From an uncultured Oscillospiraceae bacterium (GTDB lineage: Bacteria; Bacillota; Clostridia; Oscillospirales; Oscillospiraceae), in NCBI GenBank assembly GCA_947629915.1, contig CANRFN010000010.1:5786-69785 (forward strand): a DNA stretch of 64,000 nucleotides. Reading direction: 5' to 3'. Made by a program: the position numbers and the translations under genes. Shown in pieces: positions 50,999 through 61,651 of this stretch. The notes under the pieces are model-generated. The model saw nothing but the letters and a program-made list of their open reading frames with translations. It made no database searches and was not told the origin of the DNA. Every line of letters starts with the position of its first letter. The stretch's first letter is position 1.

Positions 50999-52407
50999 AG
51001 ACAAAAAAGGCAGAGCTGATGGTCCGCTCCTTCTGGGACCACTCCGGACTGGAACAGCACTTGGAGGAGATGGCGGCCCAGGGCTGGATGCTGGACCGCA
51101 TCGGCTCGCTGATGCACTATCGCCGCATGGAGCCGGCCAAGCTGCGCTTCTGTATCACGTACTGTGCCAACGCCTCGGTCTACGACCCCGGCCCCACGCC
51201 GCAGGAGCAGGAGCTGCAGGAGTACAGCGCCTTTGCCGGCTGGACTCTGGCCGCCTCCAGCGGCCAGATGCAGGTATACTACACGGACCAGGAGGACGCT
51301 ATCCCTCTGGAGACCGATCCCCTGATGGAAGTGGAGAACATCCACAAGACCGCAAAGAAGACGGTCTTTGTCCAGGACCTCATTTTCCTGCTGCTGGGTC
51401 TGTTCTGGCTGGGGATCAAGGGCTGGGAGTGCATCACGGACCCGGCGGAGTCCCTCTCAGACCCCACCACTTTAGGCACTCTGGCCATCTACTGCGTTCT
51501 CATCGTGATCTGCCTCGCGGACCTGGGGGCCTATCTCCGCTGGCGGGGGAAGGCCCTGCAGGCGGCTACCCAGGGGGAATTCCTGCCCACCACAGATATG
51601 TTCCCGCTGCAGGCGTGGACCCTTGCGGCGGTTACCCTGTGCCTGGTGCTGTATGCGGCCACCATCCTCACCAGCGGCAACGGTTCCTCTTTCATCGCGT
51701 TTCTCTTGGGCGCCGTGATCTACCTCGGAACGCTGTTTCTGGTGCTCCAGGTCCGGAACGCTCTGAAACGCGGCGGGGCTTCCCGCAGGATGAATGCGGC
51801 GGTGTCTATCGGGGTAACCGCTGTCTGTGCCATCGTGTTCACGGGCCTGGCGGTGGGCGCCATTCTCCACATCGGCACGCCGGGAAGAGCGGGATACCGG
51901 TGGGGGAGAGAGGAGAACCTGGAGTCCTATGAATTCCACACCCAGATCCGATACGCGTATCAGGATGCGATTCCCCTCCGGGTGGAGGACCTGCTGGGAG
52001 ATCTGCACTATGACGGCTACGTCACGGAGCGGGACAGCCAGGGGACCTTCCTGGTGTCCCGGGAGGAGATGATGCAGTATCCGCGCCTGGACGACCCCGC
52101 CGGAAATGAGGTGCCATCCCTGGAGTACACGGTGGTGTCCGTGCACTTCCCGCTGCTGACAGACGCCTGCCAGGAGGACATGCTGGAGGATCTCCGGCAC
52201 AACGCAGACGTCTTCGGCTTCATGGTGCTGGATACGGATCCCGCGCCTTGGGGCGCGGACGCCGTCTGGGAGCGAATCAACCAGGACGGCACCAGCTGGA
52301 ACCAGTACCTGATCCGCTGGGGCAACAAGCTGGTGCGGCTGGAGCTGGACTGGACGCCAGATGAGGCGCAGAAGGCGATGATCGCGGAGAAACTGTCCGG
52401 AAGGTGA
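50995..52407 (+). CDS. DUF2812-like membrane protein (usual PadR partner)
   Basis: ATG 50995 overlaps the padR stop (ATGA). N-terminal SFWDHSGLEQHLEEMAAQGWMLDRIG..YRRMEP fits the DUF2812 pattern, followed by TM helices. Confidence 0.75.
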   Translation: MKTKKAELMVRSFWDHSGLEQHLEEMAAQGWMLDRIGSLMHYRRMEPAKLRFCITYCANASVYDPGPTPQEQELQEYSAFAGWTLAASSGQMQVYYTDQEDAIPLETDPLMEVENIHKTAKKTVFVQDLIFLLLGLFWLGIKGWECITDPAESLSDPTTLGTLAIYCVLIVICLADLGAYLRWRGKALQAATQGEFLPTTDMFPLQAWTLAAVTLCLVLYAATILTSGNGSSFIAFLLGAVIYLGTLFLVLQVRNALKRGGASRRMNAAVSIGVTAVCAIVFTGLAVGAILHIGTPGRAGYRWGREENLESYEFHTQIRYAYQDAIPLRVEDLLGDLHYDGYVTERDSQGTFLVSREEMMQYPRLDDPAGNEVPSLEYTVVSVHFPLLTDACQEDMLEDLRHNADVFGFMVLDTDPAPWGADAVWERINQDGTSWNQYLIRWGNKLVRLELDWTPDEAQKAMIAEKLSGR

Positions 52408-52444
52408 ATTCAATAAAGAACTGTAAAGGGAAATAGCTTTGCAT

Positions 52445-52492
52445 AAAAAACATCCCCGGCGGCGTCAATCTGGCGCCGCCGGGATGCATTTT
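52445..52492. terminator. Bidirectional terminator between DUF2812 gene (+) and rluD-like gene (-)
   Basis: AAAAAA-CATCCCCGGCGGCG..CGCCGCCGGGATG-CATTTTGT. Confidence 0.7.
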
Positions 52493-52493
52493 G

Positions 52494-53471
52494 TCAGCAT
52501 TTGGGCAGCTGATAGTCCGGGAAGAACTGCTGCACGAAGTCCACCTCCGGCACCGTCCAGCTCTTGCCGTTGAGCTCGTTGAGACAGCTGGCGTCCGTGG
52601 TGAAGTCGAAGGAGAGCTTATAGGAGTACAGGGCCTGATAGCGGCGGTCGTAGCGCTTGTCGTCCCGCTCCCGGCCGTACTTGCCGTCCCCCAAAAGGGG
52701 GTGGCCGGCGGCCGCAAACTGCGCCCGGATCTGGTGGGTCCTGCCGGTGATGAGGTCGCACTCCAGAAGAGAGAGACCATCCTTCACGGCCAGGGTCCGG
52801 TATTTCGTGATGGCGGTCCTGCCGTCCGGGACGGGGTGGTCAAAGACCTTCACCTGGGCCCTGTCCTCGCCTTTCAGAAGGAAGCCCTTCAGCTCGCCCT
52901 CTCTCGGTTTCATGGTGCCGTGGACCACGCAGAGATACAGCTTCTGCAGTTCCCGGTCCCGGATCTTCTGGTTCATCACCCGGAGAGCCTCTGCGGTCTT
53001 GGCGGCGATCACGATGCCCCCGGTGTTGCGGTCGATGCGGTTGCAGAGGGCCGGGGCAAAGGCATTCTCCCAGTACGGAGACCACGCCTTCTTCTGGTAT
53101 AGGTAGGCCTGCAGGTGGGTCACCAGGGTGTTGATCCGCTCATGGTCGTCCGGGTGGACCACCATGCCGGGGCGCTTATTCAGAAGGATCAGGTTGTCGT
53201 CCTCGTAGAGGATGTCCAACTGGGGGGTGAAGACGGAGAGAAAGGCGTTCTCCCGATTGGGCTGCTCGAAGAACTCGTCATTGATGTAGAGCTGGAGTAC
53301 ATCGCCCTTGATGAGGCGGTCATCCGGCTTTGCGGCCTTGCCGTTGCGCTTCACCCGCTTTCTCCGGAGGGACTTCTGGATCAGCGCAGAGGGCATCACC
53401 GGCATGTTTTTGGCCATCCAACGGTCCACCCGCTGGCCGGCATCGTTTTGCCCTACCGTGAATTCCTTCAT
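52494..53471 (-). CDS. RluA-family 23S rRNA pseudouridine synthase (RluD-like, with S4 domain)
   Basis: N-terminal S4-like region (QRVDRWMAK..), HRIDRNTGGIVI catalytic Asp motif, GRTHQIRAQ. Confidence 0.88.
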   Translation of the reverse strand: MKEFTVGQNDAGQRVDRWMAKNMPVMPSALIQKSLRRKRVKRNGKAAKPDDRLIKGDVLQLYINDEFFEQPNRENAFLSVFTPQLDILYEDDNLILLNKRPGMVVHPDDHERINTLVTHLQAYLYQKKAWSPYWENAFAPALCNRIDRNTGGIVIAAKTAEALRVMNQKIRDRELQKLYLCVVHGTMKPREGELKGFLLKGEDRAQVKVFDHPVPDGRTAITKYRTLAVKDGLSLLECDLITGRTHQIRAQFAAAGHPLLGDGKYGRERDDKRYDRRYQALYSYKLSFDFTTDASCLNELNGKSWTVPEVDFVQQFFPDYQLPKC

Positions 53472-54964
53472 CGGACGGTATCCACAAAGCGGAGGAAGGC
53501 CGCCTTGCCGCTCTCATTGCGGGCGTAGACGCCGGCGTGCTCCAGCACCTTGGCGAACACCAGGCCGGTCTCCTTCTCCACGATGTCCATGGCGTTCTCC
53601 CGGGTGATATTGTAGTTGCCCTTGAAGCTGTCCACCCAGTCCGCGTGCTTCTCCGTGAGGGGATCCGCCCGGAGGTCCGCACCGGACACGAGACCCTCCG
53701 CCACGGCGGCCAGCTCCTGCTTTAGCCGGGCGGGGAGGACCGCCAGGCCCATCACCTCGATGAGGCCGATGTTCTCCTTCTTGATGTGGTGGAGTTCCGC
53801 GTGGGGGTGATACACGCCCAGGGGGTGCTCCGGGGTGGTGATGTTGTTGCGCAGCACCAGGTCCAGTTCATAGAGCTCGCCACGTCTCCGGGCGATGGGG
53901 GTGATGGTGTTGTGGGGCTCTCCATCGGTCTCGGCGAAAATGAATGCACTCTCGTCCGTGTACCCCCGCCAGGCCAAGAGGATCTTGTCTGCGAGATCAA
54001 TGAGCCGCTCCGGATTGGCGCTCTGGATGCGGATCACGGACATGGGCCACTTCACGATGCCGGCGGACACGTCCTCGTAGCCGGGGAAGGTGATGGGGGT
54101 CTCGATGGGGGCCTTTGCCATGGCGAAGGTGTACCGGCCGCCCTGGAAGTGGTCATGGGCGAGGATGGAGCCGCCCACGATGGGCAGATCTGCGTTGGAG
54201 CCCACGAAGTAGTGGGGGAACTGCCGCGTAAAGTCTAAAAGCTTGCCAAAGCAGGCCCTGTCTATCTTCATGGGGGTGTGCTCCCGGTTGAAGCAGATGC
54301 AGTGCTCGTTGTAGTAGACGTAGGGGGAGTACTGGAGGAACCAGGGGCTGCCGTTGATGGAGATGGGCACCACCCGGTGGTTCTGCCGGGCCGGGTGGTT
54401 CACCCGGCCGGCGTAGCCCTCGTTTTCGAGACACAGGAGACACCGGGGATAGTTGGAGGCGGGGAGATTCCGGGCCGCGGCGATGGCTTTCGGGTCCTTC
54501 TCCGGCTTGCTGAGGTTGATGGTGATGTCCAGATCTCCGTACTCTGTGGGGGCCTTCCACTGCACGTCCTTGGCGATCCGGTCCCGGCGGATGTAGTTGG
54601 TGTCCTGGGAGAACTGGTAGTACCAGTCTGTGGCCTTGCGGGGATCCTCCCGGCAGAGGGCCTGGAATTTGGAGTGCACCTGGGCGGGCCGGGGCGTGAG
54701 CCGGCCCATGAGAGCGGTGTCGAAGAGGTCCCGATAGACGATAGAGTTCTCCTGGAGCACGCCCCGGGCATAGGCGTCGTCCGAGAGGGCGTCCAGCACC
54801 TCGCTGAGCTGAATCTCTCCCCACGCGATGCCGGGATCTGCATAGCTGTCCAGCTTCAGCACTTCCAGAATGGTGTTGGTGGCCCATACGGTTTCGCACT
54901 CCTCAATGAGACCGGTGCGCTTCGCGTAGGCGATGAGCTTGGAGATGGCTTCATTGCGTTCCAT
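53468..54964 (-). CDS. galT: UDP-glucose--hexose-1-phosphate uridylyltransferase (class II GalT)
   Basis: ~498-aa Firmicute-type GalT (..YPRCLLCLENEGY.., NEHCICFNREHTPM, SILAHDHFQGG). Stop overlaps the next start (ATGA). Confidence 0.88.
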   Translation of the reverse strand: MERNEAISKLIAYAKRTGLIEECETVWATNTILEVLKLDSYADPGIAWGEIQLSEVLDALSDDAYARGVLQENSIVYRDLFDTALMGRLTPRPAQVHSKFQALCREDPRKATDWYYQFSQDTNYIRRDRIAKDVQWKAPTEYGDLDITINLSKPEKDPKAIAAARNLPASNYPRCLLCLENEGYAGRVNHPARQNHRVVPISINGSPWFLQYSPYVYYNEHCICFNREHTPMKIDRACFGKLLDFTRQFPHYFVGSNADLPIVGGSILAHDHFQGGRYTFAMAKAPIETPITFPGYEDVSAGIVKWPMSVIRIQSANPERLIDLADKILLAWRGYTDESAFIFAETDGEPHNTITPIARRRGELYELDLVLRNNITTPEHPLGVYHPHAELHHIKKENIGLIEVMGLAVLPARLKQELAAVAEGLVSGADLRADPLTEKHADWVDSFKGNYNITRENAMDIVEKETGLVFAKVLEHAGVYARNESGKAAFLRFVDTVR

Positions 54965-54979
54965 TGCACTTTTCCTCCC

Positions 54980-56266
54980 TTATTCCGCTACCAGGCAGCC
55001 GCCCACCGGGCGGATCTGGAGCACATGGCATTTGCCTTCCCCCAGAACGGCTTCCATACCCTGCCGGAAAGCCTCCAGCTTCTCTAGGGGGACAAAGGCC
55101 TGGATGGTGCCGGCAAAGCCGCCGCCGTGGACCCGGATGGCGCCGGTGCCGTCCAGCAGCTTCTTGCCGATGGTGAGAGACAGAGACACCGCCTGTCCCT
55201 CCGGTGCGTGGGGAGACCAGATGTTCTGCAGTAAGAGTTCAGAGGAGAGACCGGAGGCGTTGATGCACTGGAGGAAGGCGTTGAAATCGCCGGCCTGCAG
55301 GGCTTGTGCCTCTTCCCAGGCCCGGGGGTCGTCCTGGAAGAAGTGCATGGCCCGGAGCACCGCCCGATCCCCCACCGCTTCTCGGACTGCCGGGAGGTTG
55401 TCCCAGAGCTGTGCCGGGTCCACGTCCCGGAGCACCTGCTTTCCGAAGAAGGCGGCCACGGCGCCCATTTCCCGGGGAATATCGGCGTAGTCCGAGGTGA
55501 GGTCCGCGTGGCAGGAGCCGGTGTCCACGATGCAGAGGGCGTGGCCGGAGGACGAGAAGTCATAGTCCACTGGGAGAATCACCGGGGCTGCGGGATCGTG
55601 GAAGTCGATGGCCACCGCGCCGCCGATGGAGGAGCCCATCTGGTCCATGAGGCCGCAGGGCTTGCCGAAGTACACGTTCTCCGCAAACTGGCCCACCTTG
55701 GCGATGGTGACGGCGTCCAACTGGTCCGCACAGGAGAAGTGGTTCAGGATGTTGCCCACCAGGATCTCGTAGGCGGCGGAGGAGGAAAGACCGGAGCCGG
55801 AGAGCACATCGGAGACGCAGTAGGCGTCAAAGCCGGAGAGGGAGTGGCCCATCTCCTGCAGCTTTGCGGCGATCCCCCGGACCAAGGCAGCGGAGGTGTT
55901 TTCCTCTTCCTTTCGGGCCTCCAGGCTGTCCAGAGCGATCTCCACCGCGGGATAGCCCTCGGAGAGCACCCGGATGATATTGCTTTCGTTGGGGGCGGCG
56001 CAGGCCAGAATGTCCAGGTTCACGCTGCCGCAGAGTACACGGCCGTGCTGGTGGTCCGTGTGGTTGCCGCCGATCTCCGTGCGGCCGGGGCCGCTGAAGA
56101 GGCCGGCGCCGGGGTGGTCTCCGTACTGGTGGAGAAAGCGTTCGATCACATGCTTGGCCCGGGCTGTGGCCTTTTCCAGGGCATCTGCCCCGTAGAGGCG
56201 GGCGAGGGAGGCATCATAGAGGCCGGACTCCAGGGACTGGAGCAGGCCGGATACGGTTTGAGACAT
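54980..56266 (-). CDS. galK: Galactokinase (GHMP kinase family)
   Basis: GRTEIGGNHTDHQHG (galactokinase signature region), GSGLSSSAA GHMP motif, adjacent to galT. Confidence 0.85.
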   Translation of the reverse strand: MSQTVSGLLQSLESGLYDASLARLYGADALEKATARAKHVIERFLHQYGDHPGAGLFSGPGRTEIGGNHTDHQHGRVLCGSVNLDILACAAPNESNIIRVLSEGYPAVEIALDSLEARKEEENTSAALVRGIAAKLQEMGHSLSGFDAYCVSDVLSGSGLSSSAAYEILVGNILNHFSCADQLDAVTIAKVGQFAENVYFGKPCGLMDQMGSSIGGAVAIDFHDPAAPVILPVDYDFSSSGHALCIVDTGSCHADLTSDYADIPREMGAVAAFFGKQVLRDVDPAQLWDNLPAVREAVGDRAVLRAMHFFQDDPRAWEEAQALQAGDFNAFLQCINASGLSSELLLQNIWSPHAPEGQAVSLSLTIGKKLLDGTGAIRVHGGGFAGTIQAFVPLEKLEAFRQGMEAVLGEGKCHVLQIRPVGGCLVAE

Positions 56267-56615
56267 GGTAAATCACCTCATGGAATTATCGGTGGAATCG
56301 ATCATCTCCTGCAGTATAATGCCGCCGGGCTGGAATTGCAACCGTCTCAATGTGCTCTTTTTTGGGCTTTTTCGTTGCAAATATTGCAATGGGTTCCGGT
56401 GCGCGGGTATTGCTGTGGGAGGTGCGATGGCTTCGGATTTTCACGCCGCGGCAATTATCCCCAAAATGGACCAATCTTCCCGGGAATAAGCCGGCATAAC
56501 TGCAAAAAACCGCCGGGCGGGGAACAACAGGTATTGCGGCCCCTTTTTGGGTGTGATAGAATACTTCTTCAGGCATACAATAGCCTATATCGGGCTTTTT
56601 GAGGAGTGTTTTTCT

Positions 56616-57650
56616 TTGAAAATCATCGTACTTGCCGGCGGACTCAGTCCGGAGCGGAACGTCTCCCTCTCCAGTGGGACGAAAGTCTGCCGTGCTTTGC
56701 GGGCGAGAGGCCATGAGGCGGCCTTGGTGGACCTGTGGATGGGGACGGAGCAGTCCCTGGAAGAGCTGGTGGCGGCACCGCTGGAGCTCAGCGCCATCTC
56801 CCGGGAGGCCCCGGACCTGGAGCAGGTGAAGGCGTCCCGGCAGGGGAAGGGAGACGGACAGTTCGGCCCTCACGTCCTGGAGCTCTGCAAACAGGTGGAT
56901 GCCGTCTTCCTGGCCCTCCACGGCGCCTGCGGGGAGGACGGGCGGCTGCAGGCGGCCCTGGACCTGCTGGGCATCCCCTATACCGGATCCGGCTATCTGG
57001 GCAGCGCCATCGCCATGGACAAGGACGTCACCAAGCGGGTGGTGGCCCCGCTGGGCGTCCGCACCCCCAAGTGGACGGTCCACCGGGTGACCGAGGACAA
57101 CCTCCAGGCCCTCACCGAGAGCACCGAGCTGCCGTGCGTGGTAAAGCCGGTGGACAGCGGCTCCTCCATCGGCGTCTCCATCGCCCACACCCGGGAGGAG
57201 CTGCGGACCGCCTTGGACCAGGCGGCGCAGCTGGGCGGCCGCACCGTGCTGGAGCAGTACATCGCCGGCCGGGAGATCCAGGTGGGCGTGCTGGAGGACC
57301 AAGCCCTGCCCTCCATTGAGATCATCCCCAAAGTGGGCTTCTACGACTACGCCAACAAGTATCAGCCCGGCGCGGCGGAGGATATCTGCCCGGCCCCCAT
57401 CTCCGAGAAGTGCGAGCGGGAGCTCCGGGAGATCACCCTGAAGGTGTTTCGCGCTCTGGGCCTCGCCGTGTACTCCCGGGCGGACTTTATCGTGACCGAA
57501 GAGGAGGTCCCCTACTTCCTGGAGATCAACACCCTCCCCGGCATGACGCCCACCAGCCTGGTGCCCCAGGAGGCCGCCGTGGTGGGCATCGGCTACGAGG
57601 AGCTCTGCGAGCGGATCCTGATGGCATCCCTGGCCATCCGGGGGAAATAG
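56616..57650 (+). CDS. ddl: D-alanine--D-alanine ligase
   Basis: TTG 56616 after GAGGAG gives (M)KIIVLAGGLSPERNVSLSSG. ATP-grasp motifs LHGACGEDG, FLEINTLPGMT. The track's 23-aa extension is rejected. Confidence 0.9.
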   Translation: MKIIVLAGGLSPERNVSLSSGTKVCRALRARGHEAALVDLWMGTEQSLEELVAAPLELSAISREAPDLEQVKASRQGKGDGQFGPHVLELCKQVDAVFLALHGACGEDGRLQAALDLLGIPYTGSGYLGSAIAMDKDVTKRVVAPLGVRTPKWTVHRVTEDNLQALTESTELPCVVKPVDSGSSIGVSIAHTREELRTALDQAAQLGGRTVLEQYIAGREIQVGVLEDQALPSIEIIPKVGFYDYANKYQPGAAEDICPAPISEKCERELREITLKVFRALGLAVYSRADFIVTEEEVPYFLEINTLPGMTPTSLVPQEAAVVGIGYEELCERILMASLAIRGK

Positions 57651-57662
57651 GGGGAGCTGGAC

Positions 57663-59060
57663 ATGGAAAAACTCACCGTAGCCCAGCTGCTGGAGGCGGT
57701 ACACGGCACCCTGATCGGCTCCGTGACGGACACCGGCATCGCCTTTGACGCGGTCACCACAGACAGCCGCAACGTCCCCACAGGCAGTCTCTTCATCGCC
57801 CTGCAGGGGGACCGCTTTGACGGGCACGCCTTTATCACCAATGCCCTGGAGGCCGGCGCCGCCGGCTGCCTGGTGTCCCGGGAGCGGGACAACTATCTGC
57901 CGGGGAAGTTCTATGTGAAGGTCCGCAACACCGAGCGGGCTCTGATGGACCTGGCCAGGTACTACCGCCAGCGCTTCCCCATCCCCTTTGTAGCGGTGAC
58001 CGGATCCGTGGGCAAGACCACCGCCAAGGACATGATCGCCGCCGTGCTCAGCGCCCGCTACCGGGTGCACAAGACGGAGGGGAACTTCAACAACAACATC
58101 GGCGTACCCCTCACCCTCTTGAAGCTCAACGCCCAGCACCAGGTCTGCGTGGTGGAGATGGGCATGGACCACGCCGGGGAGATCGACACCCTGGCGCAGC
58201 TGGTGGAGCCGGACATCGCGGTGATCACCAACATCGGAGACGCCCACATCGAGAATTTGGGCAGCCGGGAGGCCATCTTCCACGCGAAATGCGAGGTGCT
58301 GCCCCACCTGAAGCCCAACGGGGCAGTGGTGCTGAACGGCGATGACCCCATGCTGATCACCCTCCGGGACAAGATTCCCCAGACCGCGCTCTTTGTGGGC
58401 AAGGGAGAGGGCCTGGACTACGTGGCCCGGGACATCGAGACAGACGGCAGCACCCACATCTGCTGTCTCGTGCACACCCCTCGCTGCCAGTTTGAGGCGG
58501 ACATCCCGGCCCTCGGCGAGCACATGATCTATCCCACCCTCATCGCCGCCGCCGTGGCAGAGCGGCTGGGCATGGGCCCGGACGAGATCACCCGGGGCAT
58601 CGGGGCCTTCCTGCCCACCAAGATGCGGATGAACATCATCCGCTGCCCGGGGGACATCGTGATCCTAAACGACTGCTACAACGCCAACCCCCAGTCCATG
58701 CGGGCGGCCGCCGCCGTGCTGGGCAGCGCCAGCCGCCGGCGCAAGGTGGCGGTGCTGGGGGACATGAAGGAGCTGGGCCCCAACAGCGCCAGCTTCCACC
58801 GCATGGTGGGCGGCTACTTCGCCGAGGCCGGCACAGACCGGCTCATCGCCATCGGGGACCTGGCCCGGTACATCGCCGAGGGGGCGAGAGATGCCGGCAT
58901 GGAGCAGGCGGTGTACTATCCCACCCTGATGGAGGCCAAAGACAGCCTGCTGCGGGAGATCCGGGCGGGCGTCACGATCCTGGTGAAGGCCAGCCGCTCC
59001 ATGGCCTTTGAGAACGTGGTGGAACTGCTGCAGGCGAATATTTCCAACGAAACGAACTGA
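57663..59060 (+). CDS. murF: UDP-N-acetylmuramoyl-tripeptide--D-alanyl-D-alanine ligase
   Basis: TDSRNV..GSLFIAL.G.RFDGH, VTGSVGKTT P-loop, NDCYNANP. Confidence 0.9.
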   Translation: MEKLTVAQLLEAVHGTLIGSVTDTGIAFDAVTTDSRNVPTGSLFIALQGDRFDGHAFITNALEAGAAGCLVSRERDNYLPGKFYVKVRNTERALMDLARYYRQRFPIPFVAVTGSVGKTTAKDMIAAVLSARYRVHKTEGNFNNNIGVPLTLLKLNAQHQVCVVEMGMDHAGEIDTLAQLVEPDIAVITNIGDAHIENLGSREAIFHAKCEVLPHLKPNGAVVLNGDDPMLITLRDKIPQTALFVGKGEGLDYVARDIETDGSTHICCLVHTPRCQFEADIPALGEHMIYPTLIAAAVAERLGMGPDEITRGIGAFLPTKMRMNIIRCPGDIVILNDCYNANPQSMRAAAAVLGSASRRRKVAVLGDMKELGPNSASFHRMVGGYFAEAGTDRLIAIGDLARYIAEGARDAGMEQAVYYPTLMEAKDSLLREIRAGVTILVKASRSMAFENVVELLQANISNETN

Positions 59061-59102
59061 CCAACTGAGTGAGGCCGGAACGACCCGGCCGAAGGAGAAC
59101 CC

Positions 59103-61010
59103 ATGATCGACATACAGATTACCGGCCTTGTAAAGGAATTCGAGGTGGGCAAACGCATCCTGGACGGCTTCTCCCTCCAGGTGGAGTCCGGAGAGCGGGT
59201 GGGCCTGCTGGGCAAGAACGGCGCCGGCAAGACCACGGTGTTCCGCATCCTCACCGGACAGGTGCGGGAGGACGAGGGGACGGTGTCCATCGCCCCGGGC
59301 AGGCGTCTGGGGCTCATCTCCCAGATCCCGGTGTACCCCGAGGGGTACACCGTGCTGGACGTGCTGGACACCGCCTTTCAGCGGCTCCACGACATGGAGC
59401 GGGAACTGGGAGAGCTGGCCCAGCAGATGGGGGAGTCCCAGGACAGCGCCCTCATGGCCCGCTACGACAAGCTCACCGCCGCCTTTGAGGCCGGCGGCGG
59501 ATACGACACAGACACCCGCCTGAACAAGGTGTGCAACGGCCTCTCCATCAGCCAGGACATGCGGGCCCAGCAGTTTGCCGATCTCTCCGGCGGGGAGAAA
59601 ACCAGGATCAACCTGGCCCGGCTGATCCTGGAGGACACGGACATCCTGCTGCTGGATGAGCCCACCAACCATTTGGATCTCAACGCCACCGAGTGGCTGG
59701 AGAGCTACCTGGAGCACTTTAAGGGCACTGTGGTGGCCATCTCCCATGACCGATGGTTCCTGGACAAAGTGGTCCGCCGGGTGGTGGAGATCGTAGACGG
59801 CAAGGCCGAGCTGTACTCCGGCTCCTACACCTTCTACGCGGAGGAGAAGGAGCGGCGGTACCAGGAGCGGCTGAAGCAGTACGAGAAGGAGCAGGCCAAG
59901 ATCGCGCAGCTGGAGGAGGCTGCTGAAAATCTCCGCATGTGGGCCTTCAAGGGCATGGACAAGACCTACAAGCGGGCCAAGTCCATGGAGAAGCGCATCG
60001 AGCGGATCCGCACCACCGATAAGCCCACCAAGGAGAAGAAGCTCACCGCCCGCTTCGGCGAAAAGGAGTTCTACGGCGATGAGGCCATGGTGGTGACAGA
60101 CCTCTCCAAGTCCTTTGGCAACCGGACGCTGTTCTCCGGGGTGAACCTGGAGGTGGCGGGGGGCGAGCGGATCGCCCTTCTGGGGGACAACGGCACCGGC
60201 AAGTCCACCTTCCTGAAGATCCTCATGGAGGAGGAGACTCCGGACACCGGGTCCATCTATCTGGGCCCCACCATCCGCATCGGCTATCTCCCCCAGATCA
60301 TCCGCTTTGACCGCCCGGACCGCAACCTGGTGGACACCATGCTGTGGGCCCAGAACTGCTCCACCCAGGAGGCCAGAGACCGGCTGGCGGTGTTCCGCTT
60401 TCGGGGGGAGGACGTGTTCAAACAGGTGTCTGCCCTGTCCGGCGGCGAGCAGTCCCGGCTGCGGCTCTGCATGCTGATGGACCACCGGATCAACCTTCTG
60501 GTGTTGGACGAGCCCACCAACCACCTGGATTTGGATTCAAGAGAGTGGATCGAGGAGGCGGTGTCCGAGTACGGGGGCAACCTGCTCTTCGTCTCCCACG
60601 ACCGCTACTTCATCGAGAAGTTTGCCACCCGGGTGTGGATGCTGGAGGACGGCCACATCACAGACTTCAAGGGCACATACAGCGAGTACCGGGCGTACCG
60701 GGAGCGGCAGGAGCAGCTGAAAAACGCCAAACCTGTCCCCGAGCCGGAGCAGCCCAAAAAAGAGGAGAAGCCCCGCCGGGGCGGCACCAAGGAGCTGGAG
60801 AAACAGGTCCGGGCGGCCGAGCGGGCGGTGGAGAAGGCGGAGATCCGCCTGGACGAGCTCACCCAGGAGGCGGAGGAGAACGCCTCAGACTATCTGAAGC
60901 TCCAGGACATCTACGCCGAGCGGGAGCGGACGGAGGACGAGCTATACCACCTCTACGCGGCGTGGGAGCGCCTGGCCGCTGAACTGGAGGAGGCGAAGGG
61001 GGCCCAATGA
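59103..61010 (+). CDS. ABC-F family ATPase (two ABC domains, no TMD, C-terminal coiled coil)
   Basis: GKNGAGKTT and GDNGTGKST Walker A motifs, LSGGEKTR and LSGGEQSR signatures, charged inter-domain linker and C-terminal helix. Confidence 0.9.
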   Translation: MIDIQITGLVKEFEVGKRILDGFSLQVESGERVGLLGKNGAGKTTVFRILTGQVREDEGTVSIAPGRRLGLISQIPVYPEGYTVLDVLDTAFQRLHDMERELGELAQQMGESQDSALMARYDKLTAAFEAGGGYDTDTRLNKVCNGLSISQDMRAQQFADLSGGEKTRINLARLILEDTDILLLDEPTNHLDLNATEWLESYLEHFKGTVVAISHDRWFLDKVVRRVVEIVDGKAELYSGSYTFYAEEKERRYQERLKQYEKEQAKIAQLEEAAENLRMWAFKGMDKTYKRAKSMEKRIERIRTTDKPTKEKKLTARFGEKEFYGDEAMVVTDLSKSFGNRTLFSGVNLEVAGGERIALLGDNGTGKSTFLKILMEEETPDTGSIYLGPTIRIGYLPQIIRFDRPDRNLVDTMLWAQNCSTQEARDRLAVFRFRGEDVFKQVSALSGGEQSRLRLCMLMDHRINLLVLDEPTNHLDLDSREWIEEAVSEYGGNLLFVSHDRYFIEKFATRVWMLEDGHITDFKGTYSEYRAYRERQEQLKNAKPVPEPEQPKKEEKPRRGGTKELEKQVRAAERAVEKAEIRLDELTQEAEENASDYLKLQDIYAERERTEDELYHLYAAWERLAAELEEAKGAQ

Positions 61011-61648
61011 ACGGCTCTGCTGTGTACCACAGCAAGCGGCCCTCCAAGGGAAACCGCCTGCTGAGAGTGCTGCTGGCCCTGATCTTGGCGGGGGCCATAT
61101 GCTTCCTGATTCCCTTTTCTGCCGTCCTCCTGGGCAGCAGAGACGTCTTGAATGGCGATCCCCAGGTGATGGTGATCTTCGGCTGCCAGGTGATGCCCTG
61201 GGGGCCCAGCATCCTGCTGCAGGACCGATTGGACACGGCGCTGGACTATCTGGAAGACCATCCGGAGGTGCAGGTGATCGTCTCCGGCGGCCAGGGCCCG
61301 GATGAGCACATCTCCGAGGCCCAGTGCATGGTCGAGTACCTCACCGCCCACGGCCTGGATGAGGAGCGCATCCTCCAGGAGGACCGCTCCCTCAACACGA
61401 ATCAGAACATCCACTACACTTTAGACCTGATGGAACAGCAGGGCATGGACCCCCATCAGGACGTGATCCTGGTGTCCAACGGCTTTCACCTCACCCGGAT
61501 CACCATGCTGTGGCAGAGAGTGTTCGGCGAGGAGGGGGATATCTCCACCCTGGCCGCGCCCTCCAGCCACTTTCCCACCATGCTGGCCATGCACGTCCGC
61601 GAGCCGCTGGCACTGGTGAAATCTTTTTTCCTGGACTGGGATGTGTAA
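61007..61648 (+). CDS. DUF218 (ElyC/SanA/YdcF) family protein
   Basis: N-terminal TM, VIVSGGQGPDE..SEAQCMVEYL...NTNQN. ATGA overlap with the ABC-F stop. Confidence 0.8.
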   Translation: MNGSAVYHSKRPSKGNRLLRVLLALILAGAICFLIPFSAVLLGSRDVLNGDPQVMVIFGCQVMPWGPSILLQDRLDTALDYLEDHPEVQVIVSGGQGPDEHISEAQCMVEYLTAHGLDEERILQEDRSLNTNQNIHYTLDLMEQQGMDPHQDVILVSNGFHLTRITMLWQRVFGEEGDISTLAAPSSHFPTMLAMHVREPLALVKSFFLDWDV

Positions 61649-61651
61649 TTG